Shown here: one piece after another, positions 43,214 through 53,686 of the stretch
Layout of the letters: every line of letters begins with the position of its first letter
Numbering within the stretch: position 1 is the stretch's first letter
Origin: an uncultured bacterium
Lineage (GTDB): Bacteria; Babelota; Babeliae; Babelales; Babelaceae
Direction of reading: 5' to 3'
Assembly: GCA_963848965.1 (NCBI GenBank)
Contig: CAWKFG010000004.1
Span: 640,001-704,000 of the forward strand
DNA: 64,000 bases
Notes under the pieces: generated by a model
What the model saw: only the letters and a program-made list of their open reading frames with translations
Told to the model about the DNA's origin: nothing
Databases searched by the model: none
Position numbers and translations under genes: made by a program

Positions 43214-46200
43214 TTACTTAAAAATAGCTGGAAGATCTTTAAGCTTAAACAAAATACGAATAACAATGTCACTCCGCCCTTGTGCTGCTGCTATTTTAAG
43301 TGCAAGTGCAGCTTTTCTTTTATCTGTAGAGAGCCTTGCATTTGCTTTCAAAAGATCATTAATGAGGTTAAGATTCCCTTTTGTAACTGCATAGAACAAT
43401 GCTGTATTGCCTTGAGTATCAGAAAGATTTATGCCAGAAAGCGCTAAAGCTTTCTTTTGTGCTTCTAGGTCATCTTTATAAAGCTCTGCTATACGCTCAC
43501 TATCTTGCATATACCACTTAAGTAATATTTGAACACATTCAGTATGACCATAGAGAATTGCATAATGTAATGCTGTACGCCCATAGATATCCTGTGCATT
43601 AATGAACCACTGCGGCATATCACTTTCTATAAACTGTCGTACTACTTTAGCATGACCAAATATGCAAGCCAGCATAAGTGGCGTTTGCAGTAAAAGATTA
43701 CGTGTGCGTTTTCCTTCTTTATATGTTTTTAGGTAATCAGCACATAATTGCTCTTTTTCTATAAGATAGCTTTGAAGTTCTCCTGTATCTAATAGCTTGA
43801 TAAGAAATAAGAGCTCTTCATGGCGCTCTTTTGCTAAAGACTGCATAAAATTATTTGGTCCTTGGGCCCTAGAGTTCATCAAGAGTTTCCCTAATTCATG
43901 CTGAAGTTTAGTTTTCAAGCTTTCAAGATTGAGAAACTCCGTTGACATGTCTTTTGATCCTGCAAGCAATGCAAACGATTCAAGAGCACATATTCGTACT
44001 GCATAATCAAAAACAGTGTAATTAACAGGATTCTTTTTAGTAATAAGAGCACCATGAGAAAGCAGAATTTTTATTATATCTGGAGCATTACCACAGACAG
44101 CTGTCATCAAAGAAGTTCTATCTTCAACAATATCATTAACATCTGCACCTAATGTAATAAGTTGCTCTATCAATGCTTTCTGTTTACCCTTAATTGCTTC
44201 ATGTAAAGCAAGCGATAAAGCAAATTGTCTATTTAAATGTACATCTACAAGCAGTGGCACAACCTTATGAATGCCTCTAAAAGCAGCAACTCTTATTGCA
44301 GCTTGTAGAGTACTTTCCGCTATCTTATCAGAGGCCGTAAGCAAAAGCTTTACAAGAGTTTCATCTGCTTTTTTTGCTGCAAGAGAAAGTGCAGTTTCAC
44401 TCTTTCTATCCCACAGGTTAATGTCTACACCATACTTGAGCAAAAGCTCTACGACAGGTATGTGTTCATTAATAACTGCGCGCATTAAGGAAGTTCTTTT
44501 TTGAGCATCCTGAGCATTTCTATCAGTACCCTGTCTTATAAGGTCTTCGACCGCTGTTGCATCTCCTCGAGCAGCAGCTTCTAAGAGCGCCTGTTGCTTT
44601 TGATATTTACCTGAAAGCATTTCTTCAAGCATATGCACTATGGTTTCGTGACCATTCTTTTTGGCATAAAAAAGAGCTGTATAGTTATGAGCATCTTGCA
44701 ACGTAACATCTGCACCAGCCTCTAGCAAAGTTTTAACACATGCTTCATGGCCCTTTTCTGCTGCTAACATTAAAGGAGTCCGCTTGTCTCTCAATGTTTG
44801 GTCATTGACAGAACCTCCTTGAGCTAAAAATAGCTGTAAAAGTTTCAGCTTACCCAAATGTGCAGCAAACAACGTTGCGTTATTACGAGCTTCTTGAGTA
44901 TGAGCACTTCTATTTATAAGAAGCTTAATCATTTCTTCATGCTCTTCTTTTACTGCAGTACCAATCGTAATTCTATCAATAGATGCACCAGCATCAAGAA
45001 GTACCTTTACTATTTCAATGTTGCCTGTTCTTACAGCTACATCTAAACAGGAACCATTTTTAGTTCGATTATTAACAAAAGATCCTGCTTTTAGTAATAA
45101 TTCTATAAGTTCCTTGTTACCTGATTCTATAGCATGCATAAGCCCAGTTTTGCCTTGCTCACTAGCTGCAAGTATATTAACGCCTTGAAGTAGAGTGCGC
45201 ACTTTGGAAATATCACCTTGAACAGCTGCTTCAAAGAATGCTTTTTGACGATCCATCTTTCGTTGACCAGTTATCTCGACTAAAGATGTAAATCTTTCTT
45301 CGCAACCTATTTTTTTTGCAAGTGCAAAACAATCTTGACCTGCTGAATCCTTACCTGCTGGCTGTGCTCCTGCGTCTAATAATGCTTCAACTATTTCCCA
45401 TGATGTATCCTCTAAAGCTTTCATAAGAAGTGGTACCTTACGTTGAGGATCTGCTGCAGTAATTGTCCTATCTGATCGAGCTCCTTGTGCTAGAAGCGTT
45501 TTAATCAGAAAAGAGCTCTTTTTTAATCTCACAGCATAATCAAGTGCAGCGTCAAGAGCTTGCTGCCTAGTTTCATGTGCTTGTATAAGCATGAGTACTA
45601 TTTCTTCATGCCCTTCTGATACAGCAGCGTATAAAGCATCACCATCACTATTTTTAGCGCCTTTTTGTAAGAGTAACTGAACAGCTTCCTTGTGCCCTAC
45701 TCGAGCCGCTTGTGAGAGAGCACTTTGACCCTTAGAAGTTTTCAGATCTATAGCCAGCCCTTTTTCAAGTAAGAGCCTTATAACGTCAAGATTTCCTCCG
45801 TCTCCTGCGAATATAAGAGCATTTACATCACCCTCAGAGGAATGCATCGTATGGGGACATCCTTTTTCTAAAAAGAATTGAACAAGCTCAAGCGAGCCTG
45901 CATCTGTTGCCATAAAAAGAGGGTTATTCTCTGCATGTTCAGAGGTATATAATAACTGCCAAACTTTCTTTTTATCATTGATCATTCTTTTTACAAGGCT
46001 TACATTATTTTTACTAATAGCACCCCTTAAAGCATGTGCATGAATCTCAATTTGTTCAGACTGCTTTTTATTACTTATTTTCATAAACTTAGTAACAAGT
46101 ATCTCGTTACCCCACGCTGCAGCATGTTGAATAGCACGTCTAAGATCCAGTTGCTTAAGCTTGTTGCTATCACACTTGCTTACTATAAATTCTACTAAAG

Positions 46201-48286
46201 ATTCGTTATTCTGTTTTGCTGCATATTCAAGTGCTTGAGACAAATAAAAACTATGAAAATTATCGTGCTCAAGTAAAAGTGTAATTACATCGATATTACC
46301 ACCTTCTATTGCATATTCAAGTACAGTCTTACCTTGTTTATCAGTAACATCACAATGCCTATCTTGAGTAAAATAGTATTTAATAAGTGGTATATCTGCT
46401 TTAGCACACGCTTGAATAAAAGCTTCATCAACATCTTTCATTTGATTAACTTTATCTTCTAATAGTTTTTCAATAGTGCTGTACCCTTTTGTTTTTGCTA
46501 TTGTAAGCACATCACTATTATTAGTAGAGACGAAAGGTGATGCTCCTTTATCTAATAAAAGCTTTGAAATATCAGTATGCCCCTTTTGTACAGCATACCA
46601 TAACAGCAAATTCAGCCCACTATCTTTATCTGCCCATTCAGTAAGCAAAAGCCTTACTACTTCGGTATGCCCATTATGTACTGCTTTATCAAGAGCAGAC
46701 TTCTTTACATCTGATGGTATCTCTTCTTTATTTTCAAGTAACAGTTTAACTATATCTGCATGACCACCAGCTGCAGCGACGATGAGAGGACTTCTGTATC
46801 GTTCGTCCCTTACATTAATTATCATATTCTGCTTAAGCAATTGCTGAACCAAAGAATAGTCTCCTTGAGCACTTGCTTCAACAAACTCTGTTTGCTGCTT
46901 TTCCTGTTTAACTTGAGCCTCTTCTACGAGCTTCACTATCTCCTTATAGCCTCTTTTCTCTGCTTTCCTAAGAGCATAACTGCAATGTATAACAGCTTGA
47001 TTACAAAGATTTGTTTGAAGGAGGAGCTCCACCATATCCTTATGCCCTGCTTTTATAGCAATCTCTAAAGCATTATAGGTACGGGAACCAGCTTGATCTA
47101 GATAAACCTTTGCTCCAAGTCCTAATAACTTTTTTGCAAGAGTGAGATTGTTTCTAGAAGCAGCTCCGAGAAGAGCACACGTATAAGCTTTTTTCTTATC
47201 AAGAGCCTTTTCACATAAGAGATCTAATAAATCACTACGATCTAATTCAGCAAGAGCTGTAAGAGGCGCTGCATTTTTTTGAAGAAATTTACTTTTACAA
47301 GAATATAACAATTCATCTGTTATATAGGGTAACAAGAGAGGAATAAGATTCGTATGCTCTTGTCTAACTGCTTCTACAAAAGCTTCTGCTATACTATGCT
47401 GATTTCTATTGTTTACGTGAGAAAGAAACTCTTTTACCCAACGCTCTCTATTATGTTTTGCAGCAATAACAAGAGGAGCTCTTACCTGACTCTTTTTAGA
47501 ATGCCATAATGCACCTCGTTCTAGAAGAAACTGCACAGTATCATCATGGCCTCCTTCAAGAGCAGCTGTTAACGGCAGACGATAGCCTGTAGTATGGCTA
47601 TTAATATCAGCTTTATTTTGCAAAAGCACTTCAATAAGAGTAGTATGTCCAAAATAAGCAGCTCCTATCAGCGGGCTTACAAAAAACCTTTTTAGTGTAG
47701 AATCATCTTCAACAATGCTTGAGATACTTGTTAAAAACGCACCTTTGGCTGCATAATCTACATCTGCCCCTTGTTCTATAAGAAACTGCGCTATCTCTTT
47801 ATGTCCACATACACATGCTACTATAAGAGCTTGTGAAATAATCCACTCTTTGATCTCTGAACTTTTGCTGTAAATAGTTTTCACAAGCTCACTATCACCT
47901 ATTTCTACAGCGTACGTAAGTGCAGTATTATTAAAGCTATCTTTCTCATCTATCTGTGAATTCTCACTGTTAATAATCTTTAGAGCAAGCTCTTTATTCT
48001 TCTGCCTGAGCGCCTCTATAAGTGGTGTTGTTTGACCTTGAGAAAGAACTGCTTTCTGTCTCTTTTTAGGAAGCTTTTGGCTCTTCTGCTTTGTATCCTT
48101 GTTTTTTATTGCAGCTTTTTTACGCTTTGTTCCGTTTGCACGAGGTATAGGATCTACAACATGTTCAGGCTCTGCATCAGAAGAAGAGCTATACTGTTGA
48201 CTGGTTTCTTCATAAGTCCTTTTCATACAGCAAAGCTCTTCTACGCAAAAGCCTATACCTAGTACTATAAACAGTAGTAATTTCAT
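43214..48286 (-). CDS. Giant secreted ankyrin-repeat protein, paralog A (1690 aa)
   Basis: Signal peptide ending ELCC-MKR, basic tract, ANK array, C-terminus IRILFKLKDLPAIFK. Confidence 0.93.
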   Translation of the reverse strand: MKLLLFIVLGIGFCVEELCCMKRTYEETSQQYSSSSDAEPEHVVDPIPRANGTKRKKAAIKNKDTKQKSQKLPKKRQKAVLSQGQTTPLIEALRQKNKELALKIINSENSQIDEKDSFNNTALTYAVEIGDSELVKTIYSKSSEIKEWIISQALIVACVCGHKEIAQFLIEQGADVDYAAKGAFLTSISSIVEDDSTLKRFFVSPLIGAAYFGHTTLIEVLLQNKADINSHTTGYRLPLTAALEGGHDDTVQFLLERGALWHSKKSQVRAPLVIAAKHNRERWVKEFLSHVNNRNQHSIAEAFVEAVRQEHTNLIPLLLPYITDELLYSCKSKFLQKNAAPLTALAELDRSDLLDLLCEKALDKKKAYTCALLGAASRNNLTLAKKLLGLGAKVYLDQAGSRTYNALEIAIKAGHKDMVELLLQTNLCNQAVIHCSYALRKAEKRGYKEIVKLVEEAQVKQEKQQTEFVEASAQGDYSLVQQLLKQNMIINVRDERYRSPLIVAAAGGHADIVKLLLENKEEIPSDVKKSALDKAVHNGHTEVVRLLLTEWADKDSGLNLLLWYAVQKGHTDISKLLLDKGASPFVSTNNSDVLTIAKTKGYSTIEKLLEDKVNQMKDVDEAFIQACAKADIPLIKYYFTQDRHCDVTDKQGKTVLEYAIEGGNIDVITLLLEHDNFHSFYLSQALEYAAKQNNESLVEFIVSKCDSNKLKQLDLRRAIQHAAAWGNEILVTKFMKISNKKQSEQIEIHAHALRGAISKNNVSLVKRMINDKKKVWQLLYTSEHAENNPLFMATDAGSLELVQFFLEKGCPHTMHSSEGDVNALIFAGDGGNLDVIRLLLEKGLAIDLKTSKGQSALSQAARVGHKEAVQLLLQKGAKNSDGDALYAAVSEGHEEIVLMLIQAHETRQQALDAALDYAVRLKKSSFLIKTLLAQGARSDRTITAADPQRKVPLLMKALEDTSWEIVEALLDAGAQPAGKDSAGQDCFALAKKIGCEERFTSLVEITGQRKMDRQKAFFEAAVQGDISKVRTLLQGVNILAASEQGKTGLMHAIESGNKELIELLLKAGSFVNNRTKNGSCLDVAVRTGNIEIVKVLLDAGASIDRITIGTAVKEEHEEMIKLLINRSAHTQEARNNATLFAAHLGKLKLLQLFLAQGGSVNDQTLRDKRTPLMLAAEKGHEACVKTLLEAGADVTLQDAHNYTALFYAKKNGHETIVHMLEEMLSGKYQKQQALLEAAARGDATAVEDLIRQGTDRNAQDAQKRTSLMRAVINEHIPVVELLLKYGVDINLWDRKSETALSLAAKKADETLVKLLLTASDKIAESTLQAAIRVAAFRGIHKVVPLLVDVHLNRQFALSLALHEAIKGKQKALIEQLITLGADVNDIVEDRTSLMTAVCGNAPDIIKILLSHGALITKKNPVNYTVFDYAVRICALESFALLAGSKDMSTEFLNLESLKTKLQHELGKLLMNSRAQGPNNFMQSLAKERHEELLFLIKLLDTGELQSYLIEKEQLCADYLKTYKEGKRTRNLLLQTPLMLACIFGHAKVVRQFIESDMPQWFINAQDIYGRTALHYAILYGHTECVQILLKWYMQDSERIAELYKDDLEAQKKALALSGINLSDTQGNTALFYAVTKGNLNLINDLLKANARLSTDKRKAALALKIAAAQGRSDIVIRILFKLKDLPAIFK

Positions 48287-48315
48287 GTAGTTTCCTTACC
48301 TACAAAAGCACGCAA

Positions 48316-51300
48316 CTATTTAAAAATAGCTGGAAGGTCTTTAAGCTTAAACAAAATACGAATAACAATGTCACTCCACCCTTGTGCGGCTGCTATTTTA
48401 AGAGCAAGTGCTGCTTTTCTTTCATCTGTAGAAAGCCTTGCATTTATTTTTAAAAGCTCATTAACAAGCTTTAGATCTCCCTTTGTAATAGCATAAAATA
48501 ATGCTGTATTACCTTGATTATCAGAGAGATTTATACCTGAAAGCGCAAGAACTTTCTTCAGCGCTTCTTCATTATTTTTGTGCAGCTCTTTTATACGCTC
48601 ATTATCTACCGTATACCACTTAAGTAATAGTTGAACACACTCAGTATGACCATAAAGAATAGCATAGTGTAGTGCTGTACGGCCATAGGCATCCTGCGCA
48701 TTTATAAACCACTGTGGCATAGCGCTCTCTATAAACTGCTGCACAATGTCAGCATGGCCAAACATACATGCCCACATAAATGGCGTTTGTAAAAACTCAT
48801 TCCGAGCACATTTTTCTTCTTCTAGATATACTCGTATGTATTCAGAGCAAAAGGAAGCTTTATCCTTAAGATATACTTTAATGTCTGGTACTCCTAGTAA
48901 ATGAATAAAAAGTAACATCTCTTCATAATTTTGCTTTATCAAGAACTCTAAGAATCCGCCTAATCCCTGTTTCTTTGATGCTATAAGATGCTCTCCTATT
49001 TTTTGCTGAAGTTGAATTTTAAAAATTTGTTGTCCTGCTACTACTAATTCAAAAGAAGGATTTTCAGATCCCATAAGAAGAGCAAGCGCTTCAAGCGATC
49101 CTGCTTCTGTAGCACTATCAAAAGCAGTGAACCCTCGGTTGTTTCTATAGTTAATAGCAGCCTTATGAGCAAGTAAAAGCTTTATCATATCAGTAGTATT
49201 AACAGAAGCTGCCCTCATCAAAGGAGTTCTTTCTTCAACAACGCTATTAACATCTGCTTTTACATCTATAAGCTGCTCTACCAATGCTTTCTTTTGACCA
49301 CTTACTGCTGCATGTAAAGCAAGAGAAGCTGCTTGTACTGTATCTGTATGAACAGCCAATAGCGCTTTTACAATCTCATCTAATCCCTGTAGAGCAGCTA
49401 TTTGTAATGCACGCTCTAACGTTTGAGCTGTTACCTTATCAGGAAATGCTATAAGTAGCTGTACTAAAGTGCTATCTGCTTTCTCAACAGCAAGAGACAG
49501 TGCTGTATCGCTACCACCTTTATCTATGAGATTAATGTTAGCACCTTCTCTTACTAAGAGCTCTATTACCTCTTTATGTCCATGAGCAACTGCATGCATT
49601 AAAGCTGTTCTTCCTTGAGCATCATGTGCATCTTTATCGACTCCTTGTATAAGCAAGTCTTGCACTAATTCTCTGTCTCCTTGTTTAGCTGCCTCAAATA
49701 ATGCTCGTTGTTTTTGGTATTTATCTGAAAGTGCTTCTTCGAGCATACGTACTATCGTTTCATGACCATTCTTTCTTGCATATGCAAGAGCATCTAACTT
49801 TTCATCATCTTGCAACGTTGCATCTGCACGTGCATCAAGAAGAAGCTCTACACACTTTTCATGCCCTTTTCCAGCTGCCATCATTAAAGGTGTTCTATTT
49901 TGAGGACTTCTTGCATTAATATGTGCCCCTTGGTTTAACAATAACATCATTAACTCGTGCTTATTAAATGCGGCAGTAGCATCTAATGCCCAGTTACGCG
50001 CTTGTTGTTGATCTTGGCTATCATGTATAAGAAGCTGTAATATTCTTTGATTACCTTGACTTACTGCCATACCAATAGACTTAGCATCTACTTGAGCACC
50101 GGCACGTAGAAGAGCATTTACAATTGCTTCATTCTCTCTTTGCGTAGCAATACTTAAGGCTGAAATACCATTTTTAGTTCGAATATTTACTAACTCTCCT
50201 GATCGAGCAACCAATTCTACAAGCTCTCTACTTCCACTTGTTACAGCGTACATAAGGACTGTTTTGCCTTGCTCATCTGTTTGTTGTATATCTGCACCTT
50301 GTAAAATGAGTTCTTGCACAGAAGCTGTGTCGCCCTTAGCAGCTGCTTGTAATAATGCTTTTTGGCGCGCTGCCTTTTTATCACTCACAGTTGCTATTAT
50401 CTTTGATAATGTATCTTCCCACCCTTTACTTTTTGCCAGAGTAAAGCAATCTTGGCCTCTCGCATCTTTCGTAGAGGGGTTTGCACCAACATCTAAGAGA
50501 AATTGAACGATATCCCAATAACCGCGCTCGATAGCAAGCATAAGAATAGTTTTTCCCTCTCTCATTCTTGTTTCTAGACGTACACCTTGTAAAAGAAGTT
50601 TACGTAGAACAGAAGCATGTTTTCTATGCATTACTGAAGTTATAAAAGCTGCATCCAGAATATTTTGTCTAGTAGGACTTATGTCTATAAGAAACTGTAC
50701 AATATCTTCATGACCTCCTTTTACTGCCTCCGTAAGGGCCGTATGAATATTTTTAGCTCCCTTATTAATAAGAAGTTCTACAGCAGCTCTGTGTCCTGCT
50801 TGAGCTGCATACGTAAGAGCAGAATCGCCAGTACTAGTAACATCATCTATATTTATACCTTCTTTAAGTAAACGCTCTATAACGTCAGTATGCCCTCCTT
50901 GTGCAGCACTCATAAGTACTGTCATCTTTGGATCTTTTACCGCAGGAGCTCGCAGAACTGGAGAGACAGGTAGGCGAGGATATACAGCCGAATAATGAGG
51001 TACAGTCAGTGAACATCCTTTTTCTAAAAATAAATCTACTAATTCCAGTGATCCTACACGAGCAGCAATAAAAAGAGGATTTTTATCTACTTCTTGCGAT
51101 CTAAAAAGCGAATCCCAACTTCCTGCTATACCACTTAGTAGCTTATGCACAAGAGAAACATTCTTAGCACGAACAGCGGTACATAACGCATATTCACGAA
51201 GAGTCGCTTTATCATGAGCTCCTTTTACTAACTTTATAATGAGCTGTACCATCTTTTCATTGCCGCTTGTTACTGCAGTTTCAACAAAAGGTCTCATGTT

Positions 51301-53607
51301 ATTACTAGTAAGCGTACCACATTTGCCCAGTATAAATGTTACTAAAGGCTCATTACCCTTTTCTATTGCAAGCTTCAACCCACGATAGATCTTTTGTTTA
51401 TGTACTTTATGCTTTAACAAGAGCTCTATTACCTCTTTGTGCTCATATTCTGCTGCTAGCTCGCAAGCTGTTCTATTATTTTCATCACACGCATCACCAT
51501 CAATATCTTGCGTAAGATACTGCTGTATTGTTGGCATATCTGCTTCTGCACATGCTTTAAGAAATGCTCCTTCAACTTCTTTAACTTTAAGAAGCTTTTC
51601 TTTAAGAAATGCGACAAGGGCTGCATGGCCCTTCTCTTGTGCCCACGCAAGAGCATCTTTTCCATTTGTGTCTTTAAGCGTAAGAGAGGCTCCTTTGGAT
51701 TCTAGAAGCCGCACTACTTCTTCATGTCCATTTATCACCGCATGAATTAATGGAGTAAAATTAGTGTACATTCCTGTTTGTACATACGTCCTTTGAGGAC
51801 TATATGGCATAGGAACTGGTACACCATATGGCGATATTCCATCCTTAGCTACCATAAAGGCATACCCATTATTAGAATTTGTATTTAGCTTAGTATCCCG
51901 AACATTACTATCAGCTCCTGCTTGAATAAGAAGCTCTACTATTTGAGCATGCCCATTCTGTGCAGCAAGTAAAAGAGCTCCATTGATATTTACAGCATCC
52001 TTTTCAGTTTCAAGCAATAGTTTAACTATTTCTTTATTTCCATTACCTGCAGCAAGCATTAAAGGGTTCTTACCTTGTTTATCTTTTATATCAATACCTA
52101 CTTTTTGACTAATTAGCTGATGCACTAAGGCGTCATCTCCAGTAGAGCTTGCTTCAAGCAACTTTTGTTGTCGCTCTTGTTGCTGAGCAATCCCCTCTTC
52201 AAGCACCTTTGCTAGCTCTTCATCTCCTTTTTCTCGTGCACGCGAAATACTATATGTACAATTCTGAATATCTTCAATGTGCGCACCAGCTTGAAGAAGT
52301 AGTTTTATCATATCTACATTTTTTATATCTATAGCTTTTGAAAGAGGAACATCATGATAGGAGTACCTACCTTGAACCTTCTCGTACCCATTAACATTTG
52401 CTCCTCGTTTTATGAGTTTTTCTGCAAGTACTTTATTGTTAGCAGAAACAGCACCTATTAATGCATAGGTATATGCCTTATTTTTATCAAGAGCTTTTTC
52501 AAATAAGAGTTCAAGAATGTCTTCTTTTCCTAGTTCACCGAGAAATGTAAGAGCTGCTGGTGAGTTTCTAGGACGAGCACCTTGTACAGTCATATAAAGC
52601 ATCTCATCAGTTATATGTGGCATCAAAGTATCTGTAAGATGCATATGTTTATATCTAATACATTCAACAAGAGCTCGTATAATATCTCTTTGGTTTTTAT
52701 TTTTCTGATGTGGTAAAAACTCTTGCACCCAACGATCGCGATTATACATTGCTGCAACTATAAGAGGGGCCTTTACTTGATTATTTTTTGGTAGAATATG
52801 CGCTCCACGTTTAAGAAGAAGCTCTACAAGATCATCATGTCCACTTTCAAGAGCAGCTGTTAAAGGAACACGCTGACCCTGACCGTTAATGTTAATGTCT
52901 GCATTTTTGTTAAGCAGTAATTCAACAATAGCAAGGTGCCCAAAATAAGCAGCAACTAACAATGGGCTTGTGATAGACATTCTAAATTTACTAACACTTT
53001 CCTCATCAATAGCGTAAATACCTGAGAGGAACAATCCTTTTTCGCAGAAATCAACATCAGCTCTGTGTGTTATAAGAAACTCTGCTATATCTTTGTGGCC
53101 ACAAGCACAAGCTACTATAAGTGCTCTTGAAATTGTAGACCCTGAAAGAATTTTATCATATACAAGCTTTACAAGCTCAATGTCACCAGTTTCTGCAGCA
53201 TATACTAAAGCCGTATTTTCAAATGCATCAGCAGCAGAAACATCAACGCCACTTTCTACAAGAGCTGTAACTTCCTCTCTATTTTTATCTTTTACCATTT
53301 TCATTAAAGGAGTAACTGTAGCATCTTTAGCAGGAAATCGTACGTTCTTAGATTTTTTTCGAGAAGGCTTTTTAACTTTAGCAGAGGATTTTTTACCTTT
53401 TTCTTTTACCTTATCTCGCGTTCGCTTTTTACCTCGCTGCTGCTTTACTGGCTCTTCGCTTGGCGAGTCACTCACCTCATCAGCTTGTTCCATTTCTCTA
53501 TCAGAGGTATCATGCTCTTCGCTTTCTTCCGATAACTTTCGTTTCATACCTACTATGGTTTCTGTACATAAACCAACAAATAACGTTACTAATAATAATT
53601 TTTTCAT
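48316..53607 (-). CDS. Giant secreted ankyrin-repeat protein, paralog B (~1763 aa)
   Basis: ATG 53607 (AAGGA RBS) gives MKKLLLVTLFVGLCTETIVG-MKRK; ANK array; C-terminus IRILFKLKDLPAIFK. Confidence 0.93.
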   Translation of the reverse strand: MKKLLLVTLFVGLCTETIVGMKRKLSEESEEHDTSDREMEQADEVSDSPSEEPVKQQRGKKRTRDKVKEKGKKSSAKVKKPSRKKSKNVRFPAKDATVTPLMKMVKDKNREEVTALVESGVDVSAADAFENTALVYAAETGDIELVKLVYDKILSGSTISRALIVACACGHKDIAEFLITHRADVDFCEKGLFLSGIYAIDEESVSKFRMSITSPLLVAAYFGHLAIVELLLNKNADININGQGQRVPLTAALESGHDDLVELLLKRGAHILPKNNQVKAPLIVAAMYNRDRWVQEFLPHQKNKNQRDIIRALVECIRYKHMHLTDTLMPHITDEMLYMTVQGARPRNSPAALTFLGELGKEDILELLFEKALDKNKAYTYALIGAVSANNKVLAEKLIKRGANVNGYEKVQGRYSYHDVPLSKAIDIKNVDMIKLLLQAGAHIEDIQNCTYSISRAREKGDEELAKVLEEGIAQQQERQQKLLEASSTGDDALVHQLISQKVGIDIKDKQGKNPLMLAAGNGNKEIVKLLLETEKDAVNINGALLLAAQNGHAQIVELLIQAGADSNVRDTKLNTNSNNGYAFMVAKDGISPYGVPVPMPYSPQRTYVQTGMYTNFTPLIHAVINGHEEVVRLLESKGASLTLKDTNGKDALAWAQEKGHAALVAFLKEKLLKVKEVEGAFLKACAEADMPTIQQYLTQDIDGDACDENNRTACELAAEYEHKEVIELLLKHKVHKQKIYRGLKLAIEKGNEPLVTFILGKCGTLTSNNMRPFVETAVTSGNEKMVQLIIKLVKGAHDKATLREYALCTAVRAKNVSLVHKLLSGIAGSWDSLFRSQEVDKNPLFIAARVGSLELVDLFLEKGCSLTVPHYSAVYPRLPVSPVLRAPAVKDPKMTVLMSAAQGGHTDVIERLLKEGINIDDVTSTGDSALTYAAQAGHRAAVELLINKGAKNIHTALTEAVKGGHEDIVQFLIDISPTRQNILDAAFITSVMHRKHASVLRKLLLQGVRLETRMREGKTILMLAIERGYWDIVQFLLDVGANPSTKDARGQDCFTLAKSKGWEDTLSKIIATVSDKKAARQKALLQAAAKGDTASVQELILQGADIQQTDEQGKTVLMYAVTSGSRELVELVARSGELVNIRTKNGISALSIATQRENEAIVNALLRAGAQVDAKSIGMAVSQGNQRILQLLIHDSQDQQQARNWALDATAAFNKHELMMLLLNQGAHINARSPQNRTPLMMAAGKGHEKCVELLLDARADATLQDDEKLDALAYARKNGHETIVRMLEEALSDKYQKQRALFEAAKQGDRELVQDLLIQGVDKDAHDAQGRTALMHAVAHGHKEVIELLVREGANINLIDKGGSDTALSLAVEKADSTLVQLLIAFPDKVTAQTLERALQIAALQGLDEIVKALLAVHTDTVQAASLALHAAVSGQKKALVEQLIDVKADVNSVVEERTPLMRAASVNTTDMIKLLLAHKAAINYRNNRGFTAFDSATEAGSLEALALLMGSENPSFELVVAGQQIFKIQLQQKIGEHLIASKKQGLGGFLEFLIKQNYEEMLLFIHLLGVPDIKVYLKDKASFCSEYIRVYLEEEKCARNEFLQTPFMWACMFGHADIVQQFIESAMPQWFINAQDAYGRTALHYAILYGHTECVQLLLKWYTVDNERIKELHKNNEEALKKVLALSGINLSDNQGNTALFYAITKGDLKLVNELLKINARLSTDERKAALALKIAAAQGWSDIVIRILFKLKDLPAIFK

Positions 53608-53686
53608 ATACATCCTTAAAACGGTAGTAATAGACAAAACACAGACTTTAGAGGCTTCGCCGAATAGTTGTTATAACACCTAAACT

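Noticed and set aside
53093..53683. 196-aa plus-strand ORF and many similar short ORFs opposite ankyrin, lon, murJ and DUF4097 genes
   Set aside because: Antisense or out-of-frame shadows of well-supported genes, with no motifs of their own.
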